A stretch of DNA of 28,557 bases from an uncultured Planctomycetales bacterium (GCA_964373175.1 CAYJTP010000019.1:1-28557); one strand, 5' to 3'; shown: positions 1-8,073, numbered from the stretch's first letter. The notes: generated by a model from the sequence alone, not told the origin. Program-made: numbers and translations.

Positions 1-112
1 TCCGCTCCTTGAGGATCCCCAGAAGCTCGGCCTCCAGATCGGCTCTGCTTTTCCTGCTGACCAAGGTTCCCGTCTCCTCCTCGCTTCGCTCGTCGTCGGT
101 CAGGGCGCTCAC
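1..112 (-). CDS. possible 5' end of a minus-strand gene running off the left edge (partial)
   Basis: The minus-strand frame reads ...VSALTDDERSEEETGTLVSRKSRADLEAELLGILKER with protein-like composition and stays open to position 1. Candidate starts are GTG 110-112 or TTG 62-64, the latter preceded by a GAGGAGGAG SD. It is not in the ORF track because its stop lies outside the window. Confidence 0.2.
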   Translation of the reverse strand, partial: MSALTDDERSEEETGTLVSRKSRADLEAELLGILKER

Positions 113-284
113 ATCTCGCGCCCATCGCCAAACTCGGCCTCCTTATTCGTCGGCCGGCGATCCTTTCTGGAAGGGGTGGGGCGTGCGAGCGCGCTGGCCC
201 CGGGTGGCGAGTCCGGAAGCCAAAGCATGCGCCTCTCCCCGATGGCACGCTCACCACCCCTCCATAGGATTGGGGGCACTTTGG

Positions 285-318
285 GGGGGTTTAACAACCC
301 CCAGGAAAAATTTTTTTG
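285..318 (+). terminator. hairpin (GGGGGTT-TAAC-AACCCCC) followed after 8 nt by an A5T7 tract; possible terminator/insulator in front of the gene at 390
   Basis: Seen in sequence: a 7-bp GC-rich stem at 285-291/296-302 with a 4-nt loop, then aggaaaaattttttt. The T-run is not immediately adjacent to the stem, so this is weak. Confidence 0.25.
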
Positions 319-364
319 GAACGACAGGTGTCACTAGCCGTGATACGAGTATCCGGAGGAGGGG

Positions 365-370
365 TATAAT
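365..370 (+). promoter_or_regulatory. -10 hexamer TATAAT for the gene at 390
   Basis: ggggTATAATtggtgtttGAAGGTGtcagATG: a perfect -10 lies ~20 nt upstream of a GAAGGTG SD and ATG 390. I found no convincing -35. Confidence 0.35.
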
Positions 371-389
371 TGGTGTTTGAAGGTGTCAG

Positions 390-824
390 ATGAGCTATGA
401 AGCGGAAATCAACTTGAAGAAGGTCGGTATTCATCCCTGCCGCGAAGATCTGCTGGTGCGTCTTGACGCTGTACCGTGGGAGCAGAGAATTGTACCCGAG
501 GCAGCCCTACCCCTATGCATCGCCCACGTTCCTATTCCGAGACGGTTCTTCTGCATGGGCAGTGGGAGCATGCTTTATTCCCTAGAGGTCGTGTTGGACG
601 GCAGAAGGCTTGAAACCGTTGCAGGACTCGACTCGTTTGAACTCGACCCGCGAGATGAGCCATTTGGGGGACTTGTCAATAAGACGCACTTCTGGGTGGT
701 ACGCAACACTTTGTTCCGCCACGTGCGCGCCCCCTATGTGACGGTGGGTCCGATCAAGAATCCAAGCGACCATTGGCTCACGGACATACCCGAGACGGCA
801 TACAGAGTTCCTTTGCTGGAATAG
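390..824 (+). CDS. hypothetical protein (144 aa), no recognisable domain
   Basis: ORF with SD GAAGGTG 6 nt upstream. By eye it is clearly AT-richer than the flanks. It is convergent with the gene at 867-1172. Confidence 0.55.
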   Translation: MSYEAEINLKKVGIHPCREDLLVRLDAVPWEQRIVPEAALPLCIAHVPIPRRFFCMGSGSMLYSLEVVLDGRRLETVAGLDSFELDPRDEPFGGLVNKTHFWVVRNTLFRHVRAPYVTVGPIKNPSDHWLTDIPETAYRVPLLE

Positions 825-866
825 GGGACCGCTCCCGCCTAGTGGCGCGGGCTGCGGAGGGTAACT

Positions 867-1172
867 CTAATCCAAAATCTTCTTAAGAGCCGCCCTGGCC
901 TTAGTCAGCAGCTTATGCACCGCCTGCTGGGAGATCCCCAGCGCTCCAGCAATCTGGCGCTCGTTGTGCCCCTCGGCGATGAGTTCCACCGCCTGCCGCT
1001 GGCGGGGAGGGAGTTTCTTTAGTGCCGCTTCCAGATCCAGCCGAAGGAGAAGACCCGGGCGGGGGTCGAAGCGCGCGCGGCGCGCGACCTCCTGTTCCGA
1101 TTCACACAACGGCTCGTCGTTGCGTTCGATCTTGGCCATGTCGAAGTACAACACCTCCTTGCGCTTGCGCAT
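867..1172 (-). CDS. small sigma-70 region-4 (LuxR/ECF-type HTH) only protein, 101 aa
   Basis: The C-terminal half LPPRQRQAVELIAEGHNERQIAGALGISQQAVHKLLTKARAALKKIL is a typical sigma region-4 HTH. There are no regions 2 or 3. Confidence 0.7.
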   Translation of the reverse strand: MRKRKEVLYFDMAKIERNDEPLCESEQEVARRARFDPRPGLLLRLDLEAALKKLPPRQRQAVELIAEGHNERQIAGALGISQQAVHKLLTKARAALKKILD

Positions 1173-1280
1173 CGGGGCGCGAGGCCACCTTCCGGGGCCC
1201 GGAATGAAAAAGGCCCGCCCCAGCCGGCGTTATGGTTTGGCCGACTGGCTGCGGGCCTCTGCCCCCTGACCTTCGCGGGC

Positions 1281-1460
1281 CTATGCCCCTTGGTTTAGAT
1301 GACGCTCCAGATCTTCAGTCTTCAGGATGAAGAATTGTTTGCACTGCGAGCAGTAAATCCTTACCTTGCCATTGACCACCTCCCCCAAAAAGTGCCGGCA
1401 GCGGTCCAGGAGCCGGAGTTTCTTCCGCGGCTGCTCTGGAACCGCTTCCGGATCACTCAT
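1281..1460 (-). CDS. small Cys-containing (CxH...CxxC) protein, 59 aa; an alternative long form runs 1281-1580
   Basis: ATG 1458-1460 (MSDPEAVPEQ...) is preceded by GGGGGGAA and sits ~70 nt downstream of an ECF-type promoter. The longer ORF, starting at 1580, would overlap the divergent start at 1571. Confidence 0.45.
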   Translation of the reverse strand: MSDPEAVPEQPRKKLRLLDRCRHFLGEVVNGKVRIYCSQCKQFFILKTEDLERHLNQGA

Positions 1461-1523
1461 CGATTCCCCCCATTTGCGCGATTCCCCGGTGTAGGAACAC
1501 AACGGGTCGGCGGTATTTCTTAC

Positions 1524-1551
1524 TGAGACCCCGATCCCCTCGAAAAGTTCC
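1524..1551 (-). promoter_or_regulatory. ECF-sigma type promoter GGAACTT-N16-TCTCA (minus strand)
   Basis: On the minus strand: GGAACTT ttcgaggggatcgggg TCTCA. It has the same architecture and 16-nt spacer as the three other copies at 3970-3997, 7215-7242 and 8738-8765. Confidence 0.5.
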
Positions 1552-1570
1552 CTACCCTCCCAGGAAAGCT

Positions 1571-2395
1571 GTGGTACCATCTCCCCATAAAACTGCTGCC
1601 TCCCCTTCGATGTCTAAGCCGATGATCCGCTTGCGCCTGTTTGTCCGGCAGAACCGGTTTCTGCTGGGTGCGCTGGGGGTATGGTTCCTGGCGGGGTTCC
1701 TGGTCTATTCCTTTTGGTTCCGACTGGGGACGGTGGACGCTTTGCTCAGCGCTTTGTACCTCCGCTTCCACGAGGCCGACTCAAGCGCGGACTTCGCCTT
1801 CGGCTACAGCATGTGGGGGCAAGCGCTTACCCTTGGGGTGGTTCTGGGGCTTTTGGTTCAGAACGCGCTGGATCGTCAAAATCCGGAGAGGGGATGCAGA
1901 CTGATGGCTCAGATGATGAAGGGGCACACCGTGGTGATCGGCTACTCGCACTTAGGGAAACGCCTTGTCCAACATTTCCTGAAAGAAGGGATCCCCTTTG
2001 TCCTCATCGAGAAGGACCGAGAGAAGATCGATGAGCTGCTGCGGGATCACCAGCCGATTGTTATAGACGACGCCCGGGAGCCGGACGCCCTGGCCGACGC
2101 CAACGTGAAGGGAGCCAAGGCGGTGATCGTCGCCTCCAACAACGTGGAGACGGCCCTTCTGGTGACCAAGCGGGTCAGGGACCTGAACAAGCAGTGCCTA
2201 CTGATCGTGCGGTGCTTTCACGACGAGCTGACGGAAGTGTTGGAGGCACTGGGAGCCAACGGGGTGATCTCCAGCTCGAAGACCGCCTTCGAGGAGATCG
2301 TCAAGACCCTTGGGCTATCGGCTCCAACCGGAACGGCGAACCCGCCTGCTCAGGTAGCCGAGGCTGGCGCCGTTCCCGGGTCCACTCTCCTCTAG
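1571..2395 (+). CDS. membrane protein with two TM helices plus an RCK/TrkA-N NAD-binding domain (K+ channel-like)
   Basis: The N-terminus is hydrophobic (LLGALGVWFLAGFLVYSFWF, LTLGVVLGLLV). VVIGYSHLGKRLVQHFLKEGIPFVLIEKD is a GxGxxG Rossmann motif of the TrkA-N type. GTG start at 1571 with AGGAAAG upstream; ATG 1610 is an alternative. Confidence 0.75.
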   Translation: MVPSPHKTAASPSMSKPMIRLRLFVRQNRFLLGALGVWFLAGFLVYSFWFRLGTVDALLSALYLRFHEADSSADFAFGYSMWGQALTLGVVLGLLVQNALDRQNPERGCRLMAQMMKGHTVVIGYSHLGKRLVQHFLKEGIPFVLIEKDREKIDELLRDHQPIVIDDAREPDALADANVKGAKAVIVASNNVETALLVTKRVRDLNKQCLLIVRCFHDELTEVLEALGANGVISSSKTAFEEIVKTLGLSAPTGTANPPAQVAEAGAVPGSTLL

Positions 2396-2408
2396 GGGGC
2401 TTAGGCGG

Positions 2409-3668
2409 TTATTTGCCGTCCCCCGCTTTCCCTGGCGGCCCCTGCGCGGGTATCCTCGACAGGCGGCCCACCAGCCAGGACTTGAGCTCCTGGTAGAGGG
2501 TCGGGCTCGTCGCCTCCAGCGCGTTGATCATCCCCCCAAGATTGGCGCCCCCTGAAGGGCTGAACAGGTCCATGAGGGAGTTGGTCGGCCCGGCATTGAT
2601 GAACCGGATGTCGGCGTTCTTGAGGGCCTCCGCGGCCGTCACGCCGATCCTCTCGTCCTTCTCGATCTGCCGAACCTGAAGGGCCGCCTCGTTGATCTTC
2701 TTCAGGGCGTCCGCCAGCCGGCTCTTCGCATCCGCCTCGGCGTAACCGACCGCCCGAACCCCCTCGGCCTCCCCTCCCTTGACCCGGATGGTCGACTGCT
2801 TCTCACCCTCGGCCCGCTCAACGGCCGCATCCCGCTCAATCTCCGCCTGCCGGACCTGCTGGATCCGGGTCACCCGCATCGCCTCTTCCTGGGCCAGCTG
2901 GCGCTGCTTGGCGACCTCCAGCTCCTTCAACTGCTCCCGCTTCCCCACCTCCTCATCCCGCTCGAGCTCCCGCACCTTGGCCAGCTGCTCGGCCTCCGCC
3001 TCCTTCAGCCGAGCCTGCTTGCGCTGCTCCGCGTTCTTCTGGCGCGCCTCCGAGTTGATCTGAACCTCCACGATGCTGCTGATGTCCTGGATGACGGTGG
3101 TGGACTTGTCGGGAGGATCGGAGATGTTCACCAGCTCCAGCGCCTGCAGGGACATCCCCCACTTCTGCACCTCGGGGGAGAGGACCTGGTGGATCTTCTT
3201 GGCGATCAGGTCCCGCTCGTTGATGATCTCCCGGATGGTCAGCTTGGTCGTCGTGTCGCGCGTGGTCGCCTGGACGATCTTGACCACCTGGCTCCTGAGC
3301 TCCTCGATGCCCTGGGGAAACCGCTGCGTCGCGCGGATCGCGTCGTCGACCGCCAGATAGGCGACGATGTCGCACTCGAAGCGGACCCGGTCCCGGTCGA
3401 ACGCCAGGAAGTTGGGGACGTCCACCTCGATCATCTGCAGGGAGATCTTCTGCACCTGCAGCCCGACGAACGGGATGAACCGGGGAACCTCGAAGTAGGC
3501 GGCCCGGCCGTCGCCGCTGTGCTCCTTGTGGCCGGAGTAGACGCGAGTCTTGCCCCGCGCCACCACCACATGGGCCATGTTCACCGGAACGACCCGGTAC
3601 CAGAGGATCGCCAGCACAACGGCAAGAAGTGCAATCGATCCGATCACACCCAATGTTATCCATCCCAC
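2409..3668 (-). CDS. floT: flotillin (SPFH/band-7 domain plus long E/A/Q-rich coiled coil), FloT-like
   Basis: N-terminal TM helix, an SPFH core, then an EAEAEQLAKVRELERDEE...-type coiled coil typical of bacterial flotillins. The GTG start at 3666-3668 follows a GGAGGG SD and lies 5 nt after the stop of the upstream 81-aa gene. The ORF track extends it to 3752 in frame. Confidence 0.85.
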   Translation of the reverse strand: MGWITLGVIGSIALLAVVLAILWYRVVPVNMAHVVVARGKTRVYSGHKEHSGDGRAAYFEVPRFIPFVGLQVQKISLQMIEVDVPNFLAFDRDRVRFECDIVAYLAVDDAIRATQRFPQGIEELRSQVVKIVQATTRDTTTKLTIREIINERDLIAKKIHQVLSPEVQKWGMSLQALELVNISDPPDKSTTVIQDISSIVEVQINSEARQKNAEQRKQARLKEAEAEQLAKVRELERDEEVGKREQLKELEVAKQRQLAQEEAMRVTRIQQVRQAEIERDAAVERAEGEKQSTIRVKGGEAEGVRAVGYAEADAKSRLADALKKINEAALQVRQIEKDERIGVTAAEALKNADIRFINAGPTNSLMDLFSPSGGANLGGMINALEATSPTLYQELKSWLVGRLSRIPAQGPPGKAGDGK

Positions 3669-3670
3669 GG

Positions 3671-3916
3671 TTACTGCCCTCCTTTCGCCTGCTTGACCTT
3701 CGCCGCCAGACGGATCCGCCCGTCGTAAATCTTCGGGCCCACATCCTGGCACAGCAGTTTGATCACCTCGTCCCCCATCACGACGTAGATGTCCCTCCCG
3801 TCATTGATTTCCTTGTGCGCCTGCTCCAGCTCCTCGACGGTTGAGAAGACGATCCGGTCGCCCCCTTTGTCGTTGTGGTACAGCTCCTCGATGCGGAACT
3901 TCCTGATCTCACTCAT
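3671..3916 (-). CDS. small soluble protein (81 aa) co-transcribed with flotillin
   Basis: ATG 3914-3916 (MSEIRKF...) has an AGGGGG SD 5 nt upstream. Its stop, TAA 3671-3673, abuts the flotillin start. It sits in the position usually occupied by an NfeD-like partner but is too short and not obviously NfeD. Confidence 0.55.
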   Translation of the reverse strand: MSEIRKFRIEELYHNDKGGDRIVFSTVEELEQAHKEINDGRDIYVVMGDEVIKLLCQDVGPKIYDGRIRLAAKVKQAKGGQ

Positions 3917-3969
3917 CGGCACCCCCTGTCCTTATGAACCTGCGCATGAAAACCCGGCCGATCGCTGAA

Positions 3970-3997
3970 TTAGACCCCGGCCGGCCGGAAAAGTTCC
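3970..3997 (-). promoter_or_regulatory. ECF-sigma type promoter GGAACTT-N16-TCTAA upstream of the 81-aa/flotillin operon
   Basis: On the minus strand: GGAACTT ttccggccggccgggg TCTAA, ~50 nt upstream of ATG 3916. Confidence 0.55.
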
Positions 3998-4124
3998 TGG
4001 ATTCGCAGCTCCCTAGAAACCCAGCAGGCTCCAGAGACGGGCCCGGCGGTAGGCGCTGTCGATCTTCTGGTCCAGACGGTTCACCCATGGCATGAGGGCT
4101 TTATCGGTCATTGACGCCTGGATT

Positions 4125-5030
4125 TCAGTCCGCCCTCTTGGCTGCCGGCGAGCTGAGGGAACGGGTCGCATCCACGGACGGCGTTCCCGGGGCGACCCGG
4201 AAGAGCGGCATGTTCGCCTCGGTGGCCACGTAGACGACGTTCGGATTGTGGCCCAGGGTGTTGATCCAGAGATAGTGCAGATACTGGGCCGTCAAACTCT
4301 GGTTGATGATCTCCTGGGCGTCACGAATCCCATGGGCTTCAACCCGTTTGCGTTCCGCTTCCTGCTCCTCCCGCTGCAACACGAACCGCATCCGCTCCGC
4401 GTCCTGCTCGGCCCGGAGTTTCTGCTCGACGGCGTCACGCACGGTGGGGGGAAGGGTCACCTTTCGCAGAAGGACCTTCTCCACGATGATCCCGCGCGAC
4501 TCCACCAGCTCCTGAAGATGCTGCTCCAGGCGATGGGCCAGGACCTCCCGCTGGGAGGTGTAGAGGGCCTTGGCCTCCTCCTCGGCCGTGACTCCTCGGG
4601 CGACCGACCGGAACTGGGGGGTCAGGATCACGGCTTCGTAGTCCCTGCCCACCGTCTTGTACACCTCCACCGCCCGCTGGGGGTCCAGCCGGTACAGGAG
4701 GGAGATCTCCAGTTGGATCGTCAACCCTTCTTTGGAGGGGACGTCCGCAATCTCTTTGTCCTCCTGGGTTCGAATGGAAATCGGGATCATGGTGGCCAAC
4801 GGGTTGACCACCCGCAGGCCCGGGTGGAGAGGTCGGTCCGCCACCCGGCCGAACAGATCCACGATTCCGACGTGGCCCGCCGGGACGATCCGGAGGGTGG
4901 AAAGGAGCGCCCCGACCAGAAGCCCAAGCAGAGTGGAACTGAGAAGCCGTCCGACGTAGAACCGGTTCTCCCGGACGCTGACCGCGACCCCAATCAGAAC
5001 TCCGATCACAAGACCCGCTACGACGAACAT
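4125..5030 (-). CDS. SPFH/band-7 (prohibitin/HflC-like) membrane protein
   Basis: N-terminal TM helix followed by a band-7 core (GIVDLFGRV..., EISLLYRLDPQRAVEVYKTVG...) and an EQ-rich helix. Confidence 0.85.
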   Translation of the reverse strand: MFVVAGLVIGVLIGVAVSVRENRFYVGRLLSSTLLGLLVGALLSTLRIVPAGHVGIVDLFGRVADRPLHPGLRVVNPLATMIPISIRTQEDKEIADVPSKEGLTIQLEISLLYRLDPQRAVEVYKTVGRDYEAVILTPQFRSVARGVTAEEEAKALYTSQREVLAHRLEQHLQELVESRGIIVEKVLLRKVTLPPTVRDAVEQKLRAEQDAERMRFVLQREEQEAERKRVEAHGIRDAQEIINQSLTAQYLHYLWINTLGHNPNVVYVATEANMPLFRVAPGTPSVDATRSLSSPAAKRAD

Positions 5031-5069
5031 CGCACGCCTCCTCTCAAGTGGATTTCTTCCAGCCGGCCG

Positions 5070-5297
5070 TCATCCCAGCACGGACCCAAGAATGATCGCG
5101 ATGAACAGCAGGAGTATCCCCGCGAAGACCGCGGCGGCCAGGTTCCCCTTCTTGATCTCCTCCATGAAATTGACCTCCGGGAAGACCACCTTGTCCAGAA
5201 ACCGGACCGCCAGGGTCCCCACCACCAGGGCCACCACCGCGTACAGCAGGTTGATCACCAGGGAGCTTAAGTTGGCTCTCAGTAGCTCGGGCGTCAT
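5070..5297 (-). CDS. DUF350-like small membrane protein (YjfL-type), 76 aa
   Basis: MTPELLRANLSSLVINLLYAVVALVVG...AAAVFAGILLLFIAIILG has two TM helices. ATG 5295-5297 overlaps the TGA of the upstream gene (ATGA). The track ORF extends to 5432. Confidence 0.55.
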   Translation of the reverse strand: MTPELLRANLSSLVINLLYAVVALVVGTLAVRFLDKVVFPEVNFMEEIKKGNLAAAVFAGILLLFIAIILGSVLG

Positions 5298-6451
5298 CGT
5301 CGCACCTCCGTTTCGGGTTGAACAGCGCCTTCCTCCACCTTGAACCCCGTCGCCTCGGTAAGCTGGGGGGTCCACCCCACCGCGTAGGCGGTCAGGGGGC
5401 TGACCACGTACTCCTCCGGATAAAGCCGCCACTCGTGCATCAGGTCGTCCGGGTAATAATCCTCCGCCCCCGCCACCGCGTAAAGGTCGTCGGCCCCGAA
5501 AAGATGGAACATCTCATGGATGTACGGGCTGACGCCGGCCGGATCGACAGGACGCTCGGTGTCCCGGTAGCAGATCGCGTACTCCATCGAGTCCGGGTAA
5601 GGAGGGCAGCTCTTCCCCGGCGGGCAGAAATGACGCCGGGCAAAGGAGCGGCCTTTGAAATCGACGTGAAGCAGGATCGCCACGTTCCGCACCCCGTACC
5701 GGTCCCGGAACGACTTCACAAAGGCCCGGCTGTCCGGGAAACCCAAGGCCTGGATCAGCAGCTCCACCCACGCCTGCTCCGCCGCCTCACCCGCCTGGAC
5801 CCGGTCCGGGAGCCCGATCAGCTTTAAGGGGAAGATACGATCCGCCACCAGCGTCTCCTCCGCAAAAAGAATCTGGGCGACGTTCCACTTCCGCCGCCAC
5901 CGGTCCACCCACCTCTCCCCCTCCTTCACCGTCGAACTCACCTCCTGGATCGCCGTGGGCTTCCAGTGCTCCGAGTCCCTCGGCCGGATGAAGCAGTGGA
6001 CCATCAGAACCTTCTCCTTAAGGGCTGCGGCGGAGCCGATGAACCGCCCCAAGGAGTAGGCCGGCTGCTGGCGTTCATGCTTTAAAAGGGAGAGCACCTG
6101 ACCCGCCTGGCGGGCCCCGTACGCGGCCCGTCTATTCCGCGGGTCCTCCTTCAACGCCCGGCGAAAGGTCTCCTCCGCCTGACGGATCTTCCCCTTCCTC
6201 AAGTGACACCAGCCGATCAGGGCAAGGTAACGGGCCTTGATGGAAGGCACCTCCGCCTTCGAAAGGCCCTGTTGGAGGACGGCGAGCGCCTCCGAGAACT
6301 TCTCCTGCCCGGTCAATTCCTCCCCTTGGAGGAGCTCCGGTGGAAGGGGGTGGACGAGACCTGACTGGGAGTGTCCTGCCACAGCCAGAAGGACCGTCGA
6401 GCTGACCAGGAGAAGGAGAATCAGCCAGAGGTTGGGAGATGGACCCCTCAT
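5294..6451 (-). CDS. secreted/lipoprotein-like TPR-repeat protein with a C-terminal HExxH motif (putative metallopeptidase-like)
   Basis: Signal peptide MRGPSPNLWLILLLLVSSTVLLAVAG; TPR-like helices; HEMFHLFGADDLY near the C-terminus. Confidence 0.7.
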   Translation of the reverse strand: MRGPSPNLWLILLLLVSSTVLLAVAGHSQSGLVHPLPPELLQGEELTGQEKFSEALAVLQQGLSKAEVPSIKARYLALIGWCHLRKGKIRQAEETFRRALKEDPRNRRAAYGARQAGQVLSLLKHERQQPAYSLGRFIGSAAALKEKVLMVHCFIRPRDSEHWKPTAIQEVSSTVKEGERWVDRWRRKWNVAQILFAEETLVADRIFPLKLIGLPDRVQAGEAAEQAWVELLIQALGFPDSRAFVKSFRDRYGVRNVAILLHVDFKGRSFARRHFCPPGKSCPPYPDSMEYAICYRDTERPVDPAGVSPYIHEMFHLFGADDLYAVAGAEDYYPDDLMHEWRLYPEEYVVSPLTAYAVGWTPQLTEATGFKVEEGAVQPETEVRR

Positions 6452-7191
6452 GGCTCCAGGGCGTACTCCGCGCTACAGGTGACGGAGAACTTGAGCATGC
6501 CTGGGGCCAGCTCCGGCGGCGCCATGTAGGCCTCCTTCGCCTGGGCCATACTCCGCTCAATGAAGGTAAGCTGCTGCCCGCGCATCTGGATCGGCTGCGG
6601 CCAGGAGGTGCTGTCGGTCAACTTCAGGGCGCGGCCGAGCCGAGCCCCGGCGTTGACGGCCAAATCCTCCGCCTTCTGCCGCGCCAACTGGGCTGCCTTG
6701 ACCCGGGCCGACTGCTCCATCCTGTAATGGTCCTCCACGCTGAAGACGATCTGCTGGACCGTGGTCACCTCCTCGTCCACCGCGTCGTCGAGCAGGGGGC
6801 CCAGCGTCTCAAACGTCCTGATCTTGGCGGCGATCTGGTGCGTCACGGTATAACGGACCGGCTTGCGCTTGTTGTCGTAGATGGGGTTGATGTGGTAGCC
6901 GCGGGTCTGGATGTCTTCCGGCTTTACTCCCCGCTGCTTCAGGGCGGACATGATCTGGTTGGTGGCCTCGGTGTTCTTCTCAAAGGCCCTCTGGAGCCTC
7001 GACTCGGTGGAGGTGACGACCAGCTCCACCGTGGCCAGGTCCGGCTTGGTGATCACCTCCGCGGTGGCGCTCACCGTGATCCTCGGCTGGTCCTTCGGCT
7101 CCGCGATGATGATCCGCTCGGACGCCTCCACCGCCGAAGCGATCCAGATGGAGCCGCACAACACAACGGCAACCCACTTCCCTTTGCTCAT
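6448..7191 (-). CDS. SIMPL/DUF541 family periplasmic protein
   Basis: Signal peptide, then ...KQRGVKPEDIQTRGYHINPIYD... and the C-terminus are characteristic of the SIMPL / 26-kDa periplasmic immunogenic protein family. ATG 7189-7191 has an AAGGAGGG SD 7 nt upstream. The track TTG at 7227 would lie inside the promoter. Confidence 0.8.
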   Translation of the reverse strand: MSKGKWVAVVLCGSIWIASAVEASERIIIAEPKDQPRITVSATAEVITKPDLATVELVVTSTESRLQRAFEKNTEATNQIMSALKQRGVKPEDIQTRGYHINPIYDNKRKPVRYTVTHQIAAKIRTFETLGPLLDDAVDEEVTTVQQIVFSVEDHYRMEQSARVKAAQLARQKAEDLAVNAGARLGRALKLTDSTSWPQPIQMRGQQLTFIERSMAQAKEAYMAPPELAPGMLKFSVTCSAEYALEP

Positions 7192-7214
7192 GGCTTTGCC
7201 CTCCTTTGAGACAG

Positions 7215-7242
7215 TAAGACCCCTCAAGGGAGGAAAAGTTCC
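7215..7242 (-). promoter_or_regulatory. ECF-sigma type promoter GGAACTT-N16-TCTTA, internal to the sigma operon, upstream of the SIMPL gene
   Basis: On the minus strand: GGAACTT ttcctcccttgagggg TCTTA, then ctgtctcAAAGGAGGGcaaagccATG. Confidence 0.55.
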
Positions 7243-7263
7243 GGAAAAATCGGGCGGGGCAAC

Positions 7264-8073
7264 TTAAGGTTGCCGGGAGGAATCACCGGGAACCAGCTCC
7301 AGAATCACCCAGTAAGAGCCGGATGGGGCCTCCCGCAGCTCCTCTACGGACGCTCCTCGAAGGAGGTCCGGAGGAATCGCGGCGAGAGGAACGTCCCGGA
7401 GTTGCCCCAAAGTGGAGAGCCGGCTCCTGAGCTTGGAATATTGGCGCTCCGTCAGGGTCAGGGAGTAGAGGGTGGGAGCCAGGGACTGCGTGTGAACGGG
7501 CCGGATCTTCGCAAGGGCGGACTCCACTCCCTCCCTCCCTTTCTCCAGATCAGCCACGGAGAGCCGCAGGGAGATCGGCCGGCCCGCGGCGGGCCCCTGC
7601 GCAAAGGCGGAGGCCTTCTTCCGCTCCAGAAGAGGGGCGGCGGGAACGGCCTTGGGAGGCCCTTCCGCGAACGTCTGGGAGCGGGAATAGAGGGGTTCCT
7701 GCAGGGCCGGATCCGGTTTTCCCGGCGGCTGGATAATCAACACCACCTGGCAGATCAGAAGCGCCACAGCCGCTGTTGCTAAAGCTCCTACCGGGACCTT
7801 CACATACCAGGGGTCCAAGAGCCACTCTTTCAACCGGGCCCCCCAGCCAGCGGCATCGATCCTCTCCCAGACCTCACTGCGGAAGCCGGGCGGGACGGGA
7901 GGGGAGGCGAGCCCCTTCAGTTGGGCCAGCAGCCCGCGCAGCCGCAGCAGCTCGGAGGAGCAGGCGGGACAGGTGGCCACGTGGGTGGCGACAGTTTCTT
8001 TATCAGGAGGATTCAATTCCCCCTCCAGATAGGGGGAGAGTTTTCCGTGGACGGACCTGCACTCTACCGGCAT
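7264..8073 (-). CDS. membrane anti-sigma factor with N-terminal zf-HC2 (H-x3-C-x2-C) domain
   Basis: HVATCPACS zinc-finger motif; a single TM helix (GALATAAVALLICQVVLII); Pro/Ala-rich extracytoplasmic region. It overlaps the sigma gene by 10 nt. Confidence 0.8.
   Translation of the reverse strand: MPVECRSVHGKLSPYLEGELNPPDKETVATHVATCPACSSELLRLRGLLAQLKGLASPPVPPGFRSEVWERIDAAGWGARLKEWLLDPWYVKVPVGALATAAVALLICQVVLIIQPPGKPDPALQEPLYSRSQTFAEGPPKAVPAAPLLERKKASAFAQGPAAGRPISLRLSVADLEKGREGVESALAKIRPVHTQSLAPTLYSLTLTERQYSKLRSRLSTLGQLRDVPLAAIPPDLLRGASVEELREAPSGSYWVILELVPGDSSRQP

Noticed and set aside
9-380. 123-aa plus-strand ORF at the left edge
   Set aside because: S/R/P-rich composition and it runs through a hairpin plus T tract and a promoter. 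The more plausible coding frame here is on the minus strand, the partial gene at 1-112.
1190-1230. GC-rich palindromic segment CCGGGGCCCGG...AAAAAGGCCCGCCCC between the minus-strand genes 867-1172 and 1281-1460
   Set aside because: The arms are imperfect and the A/T run is on the wrong side for a minus-strand terminator. It is not convincing as either a terminator or a repeat.
1281-1580. Long (99-aa) version of the small Cys-rich gene
   Set aside because: It would overlap the divergent channel gene start at 1571 and the ECF promoter at 1524-1551. The internal ATG at 1460 with a G-rich SD fits the promoter geometry.
2953-3744. 263-aa minus-strand ORF in an alternative frame of the flotillin gene
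   Set aside because: Same strand but different frame, and the product is G/R/P-rich low complexity. The flotillin frame shows clear SPFH and coiled-coil features.
2409-3752. Long flotillin start at 3752
   Set aside because: It would overlap the upstream 81-aa gene by ~80 nt. GTG 3668, with a GGAGGG SD 5 nt after that gene's stop, is the more likely start, though the long form cannot be excluded.
4092-5270. 392-aa plus-strand ORF
   Set aside because: It is antisense to the SPFH and DUF350 genes. The sequence is low-complexity and R/G/P/D-rich, typical of a high-GC antisense artefact, and has no SD.
6439-7209. 256-aa plus-strand ORF
   Set aside because: It is antisense to the SIMPL gene, with G/L/R-rich composition and no recognisable features.
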